Positions 36,811-45,844 of a DNA stretch of 64,000 bases are shown piece after piece. A model generated the notes under the pieces. The model made no database searches, was not told the origin of the DNA, and saw nothing but the letters and a program-made list of their open reading frames with translations. Made by a program: the position numbers and the translations under genes. Within the stretch, counting starts at the first letter, position 1. The number at the start of each line of letters is the position of its first letter. Source of the stretch: an uncultured Verrucomicrobiae bacterium. Its GTDB lineage: Bacteria; Verrucomicrobiota; Verrucomicrobiia; Limisphaerales; Palsa-1400. The stretch is from the NCBI GenBank assembly GCA_963764165.1, contig CAVXRD010000002.1, forward strand, positions 1,440,001 through 1,504,000, read 5' to 3'.

Positions 36811-37464
36811 TCAAAACGGCGAGACCTTGTCCCAAACCGTCGTGAACCAACCCTTCTTCTGGCTGTCCGTCAACGCCCCCTTGGAAGTGTATTGGATGGA
36901 AGCGTCGGCAATGTTGAAACTGTAAACGCTGTTGGTCGAAGTCACATCATCCGAGCGGACCGTGCCCCGCAAAACGGCCTCCAGTTTTTCACCCGAGAAT
37001 TCGGTATGGCGCCGGCCTTCCACGACCAGATTTCCGTTCGGCAAAACGTCAATCACTTTCACCGCAATCTGGGCCGCGATGATTTCGCTATTTGCGATGG
37101 ATCCACCGCCGTTAAAGGAATTCTTGCCGCTGAAGCTCATGGCCGGCAACTGGCCTTTCTTGCTCAACACGCCCGTCGCGGTGGCCGGATAAAGAAAGCT
37201 CGAAACGCTCGCGTCCACGCTCGATGTGCGCGAAGTCGTTGTGTTGTTGTTGCGGGAGGTGCCGTTGTTTTCCTGGATGATGACGGTGACGATGTCGCCG
37301 ACGCGGTGGGCCTTCTTATCGGCGAACATCGAGGACGGGGACATGTCCTGCTTCCAAAGCGAGTCAGCCTCGAGCTCCACAATTCCCATCGCCAGCAGCA
37401 TGAGGGCCAGGGCGGCGGGCTTACAGCGTGATGAGAATGAGGTCTTGGTTCTGAATTTTTCCAT
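36811..37464 (-). CDS. flgH: Flagellar L-ring protein
   Basis: 'FADKKA.RVGDIVTVII.E', 'VLPNGNLVVEG', 'G.VR..D', 'IADA.I.Y', 'SPF' C-terminus. Confidence 0.92.
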   Translation of the reverse strand: MEKFRTKTSFSSRCKPAALALMLLAMGIVELEADSLWKQDMSPSSMFADKKAHRVGDIVTVIIQENNGTSRNNNTTTSRTSSVDASVSSFLYPATATGVLSKKGQLPAMSFSGKNSFNGGGSIANSEIIAAQIAVKVIDVLPNGNLVVEGRRHTEFSGEKLEAVLRGTVRSDDVTSTNSVYSFNIADASIQYTSKGALTDSQKKGWFTTVWDKVSPF

Positions 37465-38386
37465 AAAGTTCACGCCGGGTCTTTGGATTGCGGACACGCA
37501 CCATTTGGCCCAGCGCGCCTTCCTCCATGGTTTCCACTTTCAAAGAGATCATCATCGATCCGTCCTGGAAAACGGCTTCGACCAGTTGCCCGCGATGCAC
37601 AATGGCGCGCTCGCGCGTGAATCGGGACCAGACAGGCGCGCCAGCTTGAATGCTGGTCACGCTCTCGAGGGCTTTGTCCACCACCGGGAAAGGAATGCAC
37701 GGCTCGTGCTGCGTCAGCGCGTCGCGCTTCTCGAGAATGATGTCTGCATCCGCCAGCGATTGCCCGCGCAGGATTGGCGAATGAGCCACCGGTACGTCGT
37801 GCCAGATATGCGCCTGCATGGGAACCTGCCAGACGCCCACGCGCTCCTTGCCGCACCACAATTCAAAGCCAGCCACCAAACTCGGCAGCACACCCGCCGC
37901 GGGCACTTCCGTCAACTGCAAATTCAATGGCCCTTCCGGGACTTCCACCGGCTGCCACGAGCGGCTGAAATGAATTTCCAGCGTTCCGCGCGCGCCGACG
38001 TAATTTTCCTGCAACGCCGCGCGGAGCATGTCGTTCAATTCCACTTCACCCAGCCGGCGGACGCGCCGGCTGATACGCGCAGCCGGCGGTCCGGACCAGT
38101 TGGTGGTGTCGATTTCCGGATACGAGTCCTTCGCTAAATCAATAATTTGCTGGCGGGTAAAGGAATTCGTTTGGCCCAGGACGGGAGCCTGAGCCAAACG
38201 AACGGGGGGGAGGGTCGCATGAACTGTCGGCATAACGAGTTGTGTCAGGAAAATCCCCGAGCCGTCCACCTTGACATCCTCCCGCAACTGAAAAGCAGCC
38301 AGCTCGCCGGCCTGAGCGCGGCGAGCCGGTGTCACCAAGACCGGTGCGATTAAAAACCAAATTAAAATGCTCTTCCACTTATTCAT
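37421..38386 (-). CDS. flgA: Flagellar basal body P-ring formation chaperone
   Basis: Signal peptide; SAF-like 'VHRGQLV...EEGALGQMVRVRN'. Confidence 0.85.
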   Translation of the reverse strand: MNKWKSILIWFLIAPVLVTPARRAQAGELAAFQLREDVKVDGSGIFLTQLVMPTVHATLPPVRLAQAPVLGQTNSFTRQQIIDLAKDSYPEIDTTNWSGPPAARISRRVRRLGEVELNDMLRAALQENYVGARGTLEIHFSRSWQPVEVPEGPLNLQLTEVPAAGVLPSLVAGFELWCGKERVGVWQVPMQAHIWHDVPVAHSPILRGQSLADADIILEKRDALTQHEPCIPFPVVDKALESVTSIQAGAPVWSRFTRERAIVHRGQLVEAVFQDGSMMISLKVETMEEGALGQMVRVRNPKTRRELYGKIQNQDLILITL

Positions 38387-38389
38387 GAA

Positions 38390-39172
38390 TTAGCGGCGCA
38401 GATTGTTGGCCTGCTGCATCATTTCGTCGGACGCCTGCACGGCCTTCGAGTTCACCTCGTAGGCGCGCTGCGCGACAATCATGTTGACCATTTCCTCCAC
38501 TACCTTGACGTTGGACATTTCCAGAAAGCCCTGCTGCAAGCTGCCGTAGCCCGCCGCGTTGGGCGTGCCCGTTTCAGGGGAGCCGGAGGCCGGTGTTTCG
38601 ATATACAAATTGCGGCCAATGGACTGCAGCCCCGCCGGATTGGTGAAGCGTGTCAACTGAACTTGAAAACTGGTCGTGCCGCTCGTGCTCGTCGTGGAAA
38701 CTTCGCCGTCCGGGGAGATCGTAATGCCGGTGGTCCCAACTGGTATCGGCTGAAATCCGCTCTGCACCGACAGGCCATCGCTCGTCGTGATCTGCCCGGT
38801 GGCAGACGTCTTGAACGCGCCATCGCGGGTGTAAGCGAGGGTGCCGTCTGGCAAGGTGACCTGGAAAAATCCATCGCCTTGGACAGCGACATCGAGGCGC
38901 TCGCCCGTCTGCGTCAATTCGCCCTCGGTGAAAACTTTGGAAGTCGCCACTGCGCGCGAGCCGTGGCCGATTTGCAAACCGGTTGGCAACTGATTGCCAT
39001 TGCTTTGCTCCGCGCCGGGAGCCTGGGTGGTGTCGTAGAGGAGGTCCTGAAATTCAATTTTGCTTTTCTTGAAACCAGTCGTGTTGACGTTCGAGAGGTT
39101 GTTGGCAATCACGTCCAGGTTCAACTGCTGCGATTCCATGCCGGCGGCGGAAGAGTATAATGCGCGTAACAT
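38390..39172 (-). CDS. flgG: Flagellar basal-body rod protein FlgG
   Basis: 'VIANNLSNVNTTGFK...FQDLLY', 'YTRDGAF', 'LEMSNV.VVEEMVNMI.AQRAYE.NSK'. Confidence 0.97.
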   Translation of the reverse strand: MLRALYSSAAGMESQQLNLDVIANNLSNVNTTGFKKSKIEFQDLLYDTTQAPGAEQSNGNQLPTGLQIGHGSRAVATSKVFTEGELTQTGERLDVAVQGDGFFQVTLPDGTLAYTRDGAFKTSATGQITTSDGLSVQSGFQPIPVGTTGITISPDGEVSTTSTSGTTSFQVQLTRFTNPAGLQSIGRNLYIETPASGSPETGTPNAAGYGSLQQGFLEMSNVKVVEEMVNMIVAQRAYEVNSKAVQASDEMMQQANNLRR

Positions 39173-39175
39173 AGT

Positions 39176-39922
39176 TTATTGCGGGTTGCCGACTTCGCTG
39201 ATGACTTTGCTCAGTCGATCATCCTGGATTTGAATGACTTTTTGGTTCGCCTCGAAACTGCGGCCAGCCGTCATCATGCTGACCATTTCACGCAGCATTT
39301 GGGTGTTGGAACCTTCCAGGTAACCGGAGCGCACACTTGAATTCGACGGGGTTTCCGTGACTTTGCCGGGGGTGGCCATGAAATAACCGCCGCTTAATTG
39401 AGTCAGCGCGCGCGGCTGATCGACGTCCATCACCGCCAATTTTCCATGCGTCTCGGCGCCTTGGGACACGGCGCCGGTTGAGCTGATGCTGACAGCGCCG
39501 CCGCCGCGGGTTAGTTGAATCGGAGATCCATTTGCGTCAAGCACCGGGTAGGATTCCTTGGTGACCAATTGGCCCGCCGAGCTGATTTGAAATTCGCCAT
39601 CGCGCGTGAGCGCTTTCTGTCCGGTGGGAAGCTTCACCTCGAAGAAACCTTTTCCCTCGATGGCGACATCGGTCTCGTTGCCCGTGCTTTTAAGTTCGCC
39701 GGGCGTGAAATTGGTGGATTGCGAACCTTTGGGAAGAGAGAAATACGTCGGCGCGCCGCGGAAGCCGACCGCGGGCATCAAACCCGCCTGAGTAGCCTCC
39801 TGCGAAAGCTGCGACTGCTTGAAACCGGGCACAGAACTGGAAGCCAAATTCTCGGCAATGGCTTCCTGCCATTTGCTATTGGCATCCAGCGCTGCAGCCG
39901 CTTGATATAAACTGACGTTCAC
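39176..39922 (-). CDS. flgF: Flagellar basal-body rod protein FlgF
   Basis: 'AENLA..VPGFK', 'DVAIEGKGFF', 'TRDGEF', 'GYLEGSN', first gene upstream of flgG. Confidence 0.88.
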   Translation of the reverse strand: MNVSLYQAAAALDANSKWQEAIAENLASSSVPGFKQSQLSQEATQAGLMPAVGFRGAPTYFSLPKGSQSTNFTPGELKSTGNETDVAIEGKGFFEVKLPTGQKALTRDGEFQISSAGQLVTKESYPVLDANGSPIQLTRGGGAVSISSTGAVSQGAETHGKLAVMDVDQPRALTQLSGGYFMATPGKVTETPSNSSVRSGYLEGSNTQMLREMVSMMTAGRSFEANQKVIQIQDDRLSKVISEVGNPQ

Positions 39923-39936
39923 GGAAATCCGTGGGG

Positions 39937-39952
39937 AGCAACGACCGTGCCA
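39937..39952 (-). promoter_or_regulatory. sigma54 (-24/-12) promoter of the flgF-flgL operon
   Basis: Minus strand TGGCACG-GTCG-TTGCT, an exact match to the consensus, ending about 15 nt before the flgF start. Confidence 0.85.
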
Positions 39953-39990
39953 CAGATGAAAAGCGCGTGTTTACAATGGTTTACGTGCGG

Positions 39991-40019
39991 CCGGAATTTA
40001 CTTCCGGCAGAACTTGCCG
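39991..40019. promoter_or_regulatory. Candidate enhancer (bEBP) sites for the flagellar promoter
   Basis: Overlapping dyads CCGGAA-N5-TTCCGG and CGGCA-N5-TGCCG upstream of the -24 box. Confidence 0.4.
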
Positions 40020-40134
40020 ATTGGGTAGGGAGAAAAATGCCGGGTGACTTGCGAGACAAGTCTCTGCCTTGGCCTCGTCTCGCCCTTCGTGAACAGCTTT
40101 CCAAACGATTCTTGGCGTTGTACATTATGCGCCA

Positions 40135-41851
40135 ATGTCCGCAACAAACTTCAACACAAAGAACGATACGTATCGGAAGTTGATCGGCAACGGTCTGACT
40201 TACCGCATTCCTCGTTTTCAACGCGATTACAGTTGGACGGATGAGGAATGGGAAGATTTGTGGCTGGACATATTGGGGGTCCTGAACGCTGGCGGCGAAC
40301 CCGCGCACTACATGGGATACCTTGTATTGCAATCGGACGATGACAAGACGTTTGATGTCATCGATGGACAGCAGCGGTTGACCACGTTGAGCATCATCAT
40401 TCTCGCCGTGCTTAAGAATTTCCGTCGGTTGATTGAAAACGGCGTGGATGCATCTCGCAACCAGCAGCGCCTTGAGCAAATACGGCAAACTTACATCGGG
40501 TATGTTGATCCGGTGACACTCGTTCCTCGTTCCAAGCTTACACTCAACCGCAACAACGACACTTATTATCAGAACGTATCTCGTGCCGCTGGAGCATTTG
40601 CCTGCGCGCGGTTTTCGCGCCTCTGAACACGCGTTGCGAAAGGCATTTGAATGGTTTGACGGACGCGTCGCAGAATACGTGAAAAAAGTTGAAGGCGAAC
40701 AAGGCCTCGAACTGGCGAAATTTGTGGAGGCGCTAAGCGACAAGCTTTTTTTTACAGTTATCACGGTGACCGACGAGCTGAATGCCTATAAAGTCTTTGA
40801 AACTTTGAACGCCCGCGGGGTGCGGCTCTCCGCGACTGATTTGCTGAAGAACTATTTATTTTCCGTTTTGAGCAAGGAGGGTCAGCACGAGCACGAAATG
40901 AAAAGCCTCGAGAATCGCTGGGAAGGAATGGTTGGCCGGCTCGGAAGCGAGAGTTTCCCGGATTTCCTGCGCGCGCATTGGAATAGCCGACAGCAGTTCG
41001 TCCGGCACACTGAACTCTTCAAGACGATTCGAAATCAGGTCAGCACACGCGAGGCCGTCTTTTCCCTCATTCGGAGCATGGAGGAGGATCTTGACGCTTA
41101 TCTTTCATTAACGAGCCCGGAAACCTCGGACTGGCCTGATGCTCTGAAATCTCCCGCTGTCAAGCTGCGGCTGTTTGGCGTTCGGCAACCCATTCCATTT
41201 CTCCTTGCTGCCCGCCGGGTTTTTTCCAACCAGGAGCTCGCCACTGTCATGCACGCGTGTGTGGTGATATCATTCCGATATAACGTCATTTCCAACCTTC
41301 AGGCGGGCGAGCAGGAGCACGTTTACAATTCCGTGGCCGCCCGTATTTCTTCCGGTGAACTGGCAGGGCCGCAAGCTGTTTTGGGCAGTCTTAAATCGAT
41401 CTATGCATCCGACGAAGCATTTCGCCCGGCATTTTCTGAGAAGGCCCTCCGCACTTCACAAACCAGAAATCGAAGAATTGTTCGCTATATCCTGTGCTCG
41501 CTGGAAAAACATCTCTCCGCGCATGAATGGGATTTTGATAGCAACGCGTTTAACATTGAGCACATTTTGCCTGAGAGTCCCGAGAAGGATTGGGACGCTT
41601 TCTCTGACGCGGACGCTGAATCGATGACATTTCGCCTCGGCAACATGACTTTGCTGGGAACGGGCGAAAACCGGGACTGTGGAAACGGGCCGTTCTCCGT
41701 AAAGAGGGAAGCGTATGCGAAAAGCTCATTCGGGATAACCCGTAAGATCGCGACAGATAATGCGGATTGGACTCCAGAACGCCTCGCCGCCCGCCAAAGA
41801 TGGATGGCGACTCAGGCAGCGGCAATTTGGCGGGTAGCCCAGCTCTCGTGA
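40135..41851 (+). pseudogene. DUF262-DUF1524 (GmrSD-like) nuclease, split by a one-base insertion
   Basis: 'IPRFQRDYSW', 'IDGQQRLTT', 'FETLNARG', 'IEHILPE', 'LGNMTLL'; removing one A at 40573/40574 joins both ORFs as ...YYQTYLVPLEHLP... Confidence 0.88.
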
Positions 41852-42644
41852 GCCGGAATTGTTGCGGCGAACGCCGGCTTTTTCGCCGCCGAGTTTGGGT
41901 TTGATTAAAGGCGGGTAAGGGGCAAGTGAGAGTGCCGCCGATTTCGCTTTGGGCGGAGCGCGGCATGAAGCGGCTCCCTGCATTTGACGAGAATAGAACA
42001 GCGAGATTGAGCTTCTTGAGGTGCGTCGCCGCGCGTGCCGTTTTGGCAATGCTCCAGTCGGTTGGTGGCGATGAATAAAATCGAAACGCGGCTGGAGCCC
42101 CTTCAACCACTTCCGCCAATAGCCATTCCTCAGCGTCAAAATCATCAAAGTAGGGATGCAGAAGCTGGCCACCTTTAGTTCCGCCGTAATACTCATGTTT
42201 CTCGCCCTGACACCAAGTGCAGGCGGGCACCAAATTGTTGGGGGTCACCGAGAAGATCGGGAAGTGGGTTTTCGGCAGGTAGTGGTCAAGCGTATTTACG
42301 GTCCCGATTCCACACAATGGACATCGTTGGTTCACCGGTAACGACATAATCCGGTCGTAGATCGGACGACCGGTTGAGTTTTTTGGCACCATTCTTCCAG
42401 TGTACACACCCACCATTTCAGGTCCCGAAACTCCTCCGACAACATCGTGACTACCTGTTTGAAAAAGCCGTGAAGCTGCCGCCTTAACCTCATAGTCCGC
42501 CGCTGCCGCTTCCACGTTCGGACGAACTGCTCGCAACTTCGCTCGAAGCGCCGGGTTCTTCACCATTGATACGCACGTATCAAAAACCTCGCCGGCTTCA
42601 AACGGCCTTGCATTCTCATCTGTCGGTCGCGAAAGAAATCTCAT
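41550..42644 (-). CDS. HNH endonuclease (Septu PtuB-like), natural C-terminus probably lost after about 41970
   Basis: 'CPLCG...TLDHYLPK..FP...NLVPACTWC', 'LHPYFDD'; after 'FSSNAGSR' the frame runs about 300 nt antisense into the DUF1524 gene. Confidence 0.8.
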   Translation of the reverse strand: MRFLSRPTDENARPFEAGEVFDTCVSMVKNPALRAKLRAVRPNVEAAAADYEVKAAASRLFQTGSHDVVGGVSGPEMVGVYTGRMVPKNSTGRPIYDRIMSLPVNQRCPLCGIGTVNTLDHYLPKTHFPIFSVTPNNLVPACTWCQGEKHEYYGGTKGGQLLHPYFDDFDAEEWLLAEVVEGAPAAFRFYSSPPTDWSIAKTARAATHLKKLNLAVLFSSNAGSRFMPRSAQSEIGGTLTCPLPAFNQTQTRRRKSRRSPQQFRLTRAGLPAKLPLPESPSIFGGRRGVLESNPHYLSRSYGLSRMSFSHTLPSLRRTARFHSPGFRPFPAKSCCRGEMSSIQRPRQRKRPNPSRDSQAKCAQC

Positions 42645-42653
42645 AAAGACGGG

Positions 42654-44228
42654 TTACTCATCACCGCTGAGATACATACCTCGGAGAACAGCTTTGCCCT
42701 CTGCGCCAAGTTGTCCTTCGAGCCGGTTTAGTGCCGCGTCGTATGTGTCTACCTTTTGCCGCAGCTCACCCAAAAGCTGGTGATAGCCTGATTGTGCCAG
42801 TTCTAATTGAAACACTTCCCGACTAAGGATGCCAATACTCTCAGCAAATGTTTCCAGCGTTGGACGTTCGGCTTTAGAAGCCGTCAAGATACGATTCAAT
42901 ATCCAAACACAAGATTTGGGAACTTCTTGAAGAATCACTGGCGAGTGGGTCGCTACTATCGCCACACCATTACGCTTCACCATCAACTCGGAGATTGCAC
43001 GTGTCAGGGCCGACAATAGAGGTGGATGAAGGTGGGCTTCTGGTTCGTCGATAAGCACCAGCGTCTTCTCCTCAACCTTCTCCACAAGTCGAGTGAGCGT
43101 CAGAAGGACGATCTTGTGTCCCGAACTGAGCGCCTTAAAGGTCTTCAAGACCTCGTCGCGTTCTTCGGGCTTTGTCAAATTCTTCTCTATCATGGAGGAA
43201 AGCTGTGCCGCTTGGAAAACAGGATCGGACTGGAGAGTCGCAATAACGGCATTCCACCGCCGACGTCGAGACTCCATGCGGCACTCGCTCAAACTCTCAA
43301 CGAACTCTCGGGCAAGGAAAGAAGGGGATTTCGGTCTGACGGGCGTCGCCGGTGAGTCGTTGGTTCGCCGCAGGCCAATGTAGGAATATCCCATGCTATT
43401 CGGCCCACGCTTGCGTTCCGGCAGTAATTCAACCTCATCAAACGCACTGAATGATACGGCAACCAAATTGGCAAAAGTTTCACCCTGACCGTCAAGCCCG
43501 TTGAGCTCAAATTTACCGGACTGCCTCGCTGAGGCGTCCGTTGCTATCAATGCCTTCGCCATTAGGGAAAGAAGGCGCGTCTTACCAACCCCATTCCTGC
43601 CAATAAGAACATGAACGTTTGTTGGGATCGGTGACTCCGGGTTGACGGTAAAATCAAGTGCGAACGGTGGCGCACCATCTCCCAGGCGCTTGGGCGGAGA
43701 ATAAGTGAAATTGAATCTTGTTAGGCGAGCGTCACCATGCGCCATTCGGCGGAATTGTCCGACGACCGTGCTGCGAGTGACCGACCGCAATAGCGATTCT
43801 CCCATGACATCCTCACGTTCGGCCCATTGCCACCGGTCGCTGTCGAACGCAACATCACGAAGGGATGTGAGCACCTGTTCGCGAACTTCATCGCCTAACT
43901 CGCCTAATTTGGCGTAGAACTCGTCATCTTGTCCGATCGAAAAGAAGGAATCATCCAACTCCTCAAACGTTAAAGGCATATTCGGTTTGCGAAAACCAAC
44001 CTGCAACTGTGCTGCGGCTCCATGCGGCCTTAATCCACGTTCGCCTATTTTTACTTGACCGATACGGAACTGCGCTCCTTCAGGATTCACAATAGTCAGA
44101 TAAAACTGCGTACAGTACTTTCCCCAGTCGTCCCACCTATCGCGGTTCATAAATGCCGCCCAACCCAGGGATCCCACCGGGATTTCGGCGTATTGCCCAA
44201 TAATACGGAATGAAATTTGTATTGGCAT
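42654..44228 (-). CDS. ABC-type (AAA_21) ATPase, Septu PtuA-like, with N-terminal WDDW domain
   Basis: Walker A 'GRNGVGKT', signature 'LSSGHK', Walker B 'LIDEPEAHLHP', H-loop 'ATHSP'; directly upstream of HNH. Confidence 0.85.
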   Translation of the reverse strand: MPIQISFRIIGQYAEIPVGSLGWAAFMNRDRWDDWGKYCTQFYLTIVNPEGAQFRIGQVKIGERGLRPHGAAAQLQVGFRKPNMPLTFEELDDSFFSIGQDDEFYAKLGELGDEVREQVLTSLRDVAFDSDRWQWAEREDVMGESLLRSVTRSTVVGQFRRMAHGDARLTRFNFTYSPPKRLGDGAPPFALDFTVNPESPIPTNVHVLIGRNGVGKTRLLSLMAKALIATDASARQSGKFELNGLDGQGETFANLVAVSFSAFDEVELLPERKRGPNSMGYSYIGLRRTNDSPATPVRPKSPSFLAREFVESLSECRMESRRRRWNAVIATLQSDPVFQAAQLSSMIEKNLTKPEERDEVLKTFKALSSGHKIVLLTLTRLVEKVEEKTLVLIDEPEAHLHPPLLSALTRAISELMVKRNGVAIVATHSPVILQEVPKSCVWILNRILTASKAERPTLETFAESIGILSREVFQLELAQSGYHQLLGELRQKVDTYDAALNRLEGQLGAEGKAVLRGMYLSGDE

Positions 44229-44272
44229 TTGTAGCGACTCCTTCAGAGTAATCCAACTTGGCGCATTTTGAA

Positions 44273-45426
44273 TTAGCCTATTCCCAACTTTTCAAAAAAC
44301 GCCTTATGACGCCGTTTCGCATCAACGACGACCTTGTCGAAATGGAGAATCTCGGTATGGGCGTTGAGCGTTCGATTATACATGTAGTAGCCGAGCTCCC
44401 CTTTCAAACGCGCGTAATTTCCATTGTTTTCAGCGTATTCGTGGATGGCGCGCGTTATATCGCAAATTGCGTAGCAGTAAAAGCGAGTCGTTTCCCCGAC
44501 ATTAAGATCGCGTCCGTTTGGGAGCCGGATTTTCTTGTTCTCTTTGATCTCCCGAAGGTATCGGTAAAGCTGACGTGTCGGGTCTTCGTCGAACTTGGTT
44601 CGCTGCGGTTTCTTAAATTCGAGAATTGAAACAGCACGCGCAACCTTGTCTTCATCAACCTCAGCGAATGCGACGATATCTGGCCGCTCTCATGCGTGGC
44701 ATAAAGTTTAATATGGGCAAGCGAAAATTGTTGCTCTTCGATCCGCACTGTCTCTATGGTGATGTTGTTTTTGATGTCGCGGTCGAAGATATCATTGATT
44801 ACTAGCCGCTCGTTCTGGTCGCATACGGTAATCCTCGGAGCCATGCCAGATATAAAGTAAGAAAGACAGTGCTCCATGATGCGCTGCGCAATCTTGGCTG
44901 TCGTTTTATATGCGCTTGGGAGGCTCTGGTATTCTTTTTTGAATCCCCTCAACCCCACGACTGTTTTCACACCGTCTGAGGTTCTCGCGTGATCGTCTTC
45001 ATGAATGCCACCTTTCGTGGTAAAGGTAAACTTGCGCTTCATGGGTTGCTCATTCGTCGCATAAACGCTTTCGATGTCGACGCTCTCAAACGCCTTAAGC
45101 CACAGAAAGCGCCCCACTCCCTTGCCGCCAAGCGCCTGTTTGTGGATGGAATCGGACGTTTCGAACGAATCATAGTTCGCGTCATTGAAGCCGATTCCAT
45201 TGTCGGTTATGATAAAACCAGTGATTCTCGATTCGTCGATGCCACCCAGTATCCCTTGTGCTTCGCGAACCACACGAACATCGATTTCACCAAAAGCGAG
45301 GTTTCCGAGTTCTTCAATCGCTTGAATCGAATTAACAACGGCCTCAAATACGGGCAGCAGAGCCTCGCCTTTAAAATGCGGCAGATTTCGGACTTTCCCC
45401 TCAAGATTGGTTTTCAAATATTTCAT
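44273..45426 (-). pseudogene. GHKL/HATPase - PD-(D/E)xK nuclease fusion gene with an out-of-frame junction (probable internal deletion)
   Basis: N-part 'FEAVVNSIQA', 'DNGIGF', 'GGKGVGR'; separate frame 44689-44273 reads ERPDIVAF...ILEFKKP...QLYRY...DAKRRHKAFFEKLGIG*. Confidence 0.82.
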
Positions 45427-45697
45427 GGCGTAATCGTTAGCGCCGGGATGGACCAGCTTCTAGAATTCGATTCCCGTGGCGCGCAGCCACCTCGAATTTG
45501 AGGCTTCCAATAACTCAGTCAAATATCAATCCGTTCTTGTACATAATAACGCCTCCACGGAGAAGCACCAGCGTTTGAAGAGGATGCGGTGGCTTTCCGC
45601 CGACCGCACGGAAAAATTCAATCGGCGGATTTGGCCGACGGGAGCCCGCGCTGAGCCGGGGTGAACGTTTAAATTCAGCCAGCACCCGTTCAGAAGA

Positions 45698-45758
45698 GAT
45701 GTTGCACTCTGTTGCAGTCTTGTTGCACTAAATGGGTTCCCCAACGTTTTCAGTGGAA
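45698..45758. repeat. Iteron-like TGTTGCA array (copy V1, inverted relative to L/S)
   Basis: TGTTGCA at 45700, 45710 and 45721, then ctaaatgggttcc...ttttcagtggaa. Confidence 0.75.
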
Positions 45759-45844
45759 GGAACCATGGCCGACGCTTCCGAGATGAAAGCCCTGGGATGC
45801 CATGGAAGGCACCGTGTTTCATTCAATTGGCTCCAGTCGGAACG

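Noticed and set aside
41550..44228. Retron-associated Septu system
   Set aside because: No reverse transcriptase or msr/msd-like region was seen in the island.
44258..44629. 123-aa plus-strand ORF
   Set aside because: Antisense to the nuclease fragment at 44689-44273, which carries the real motifs.
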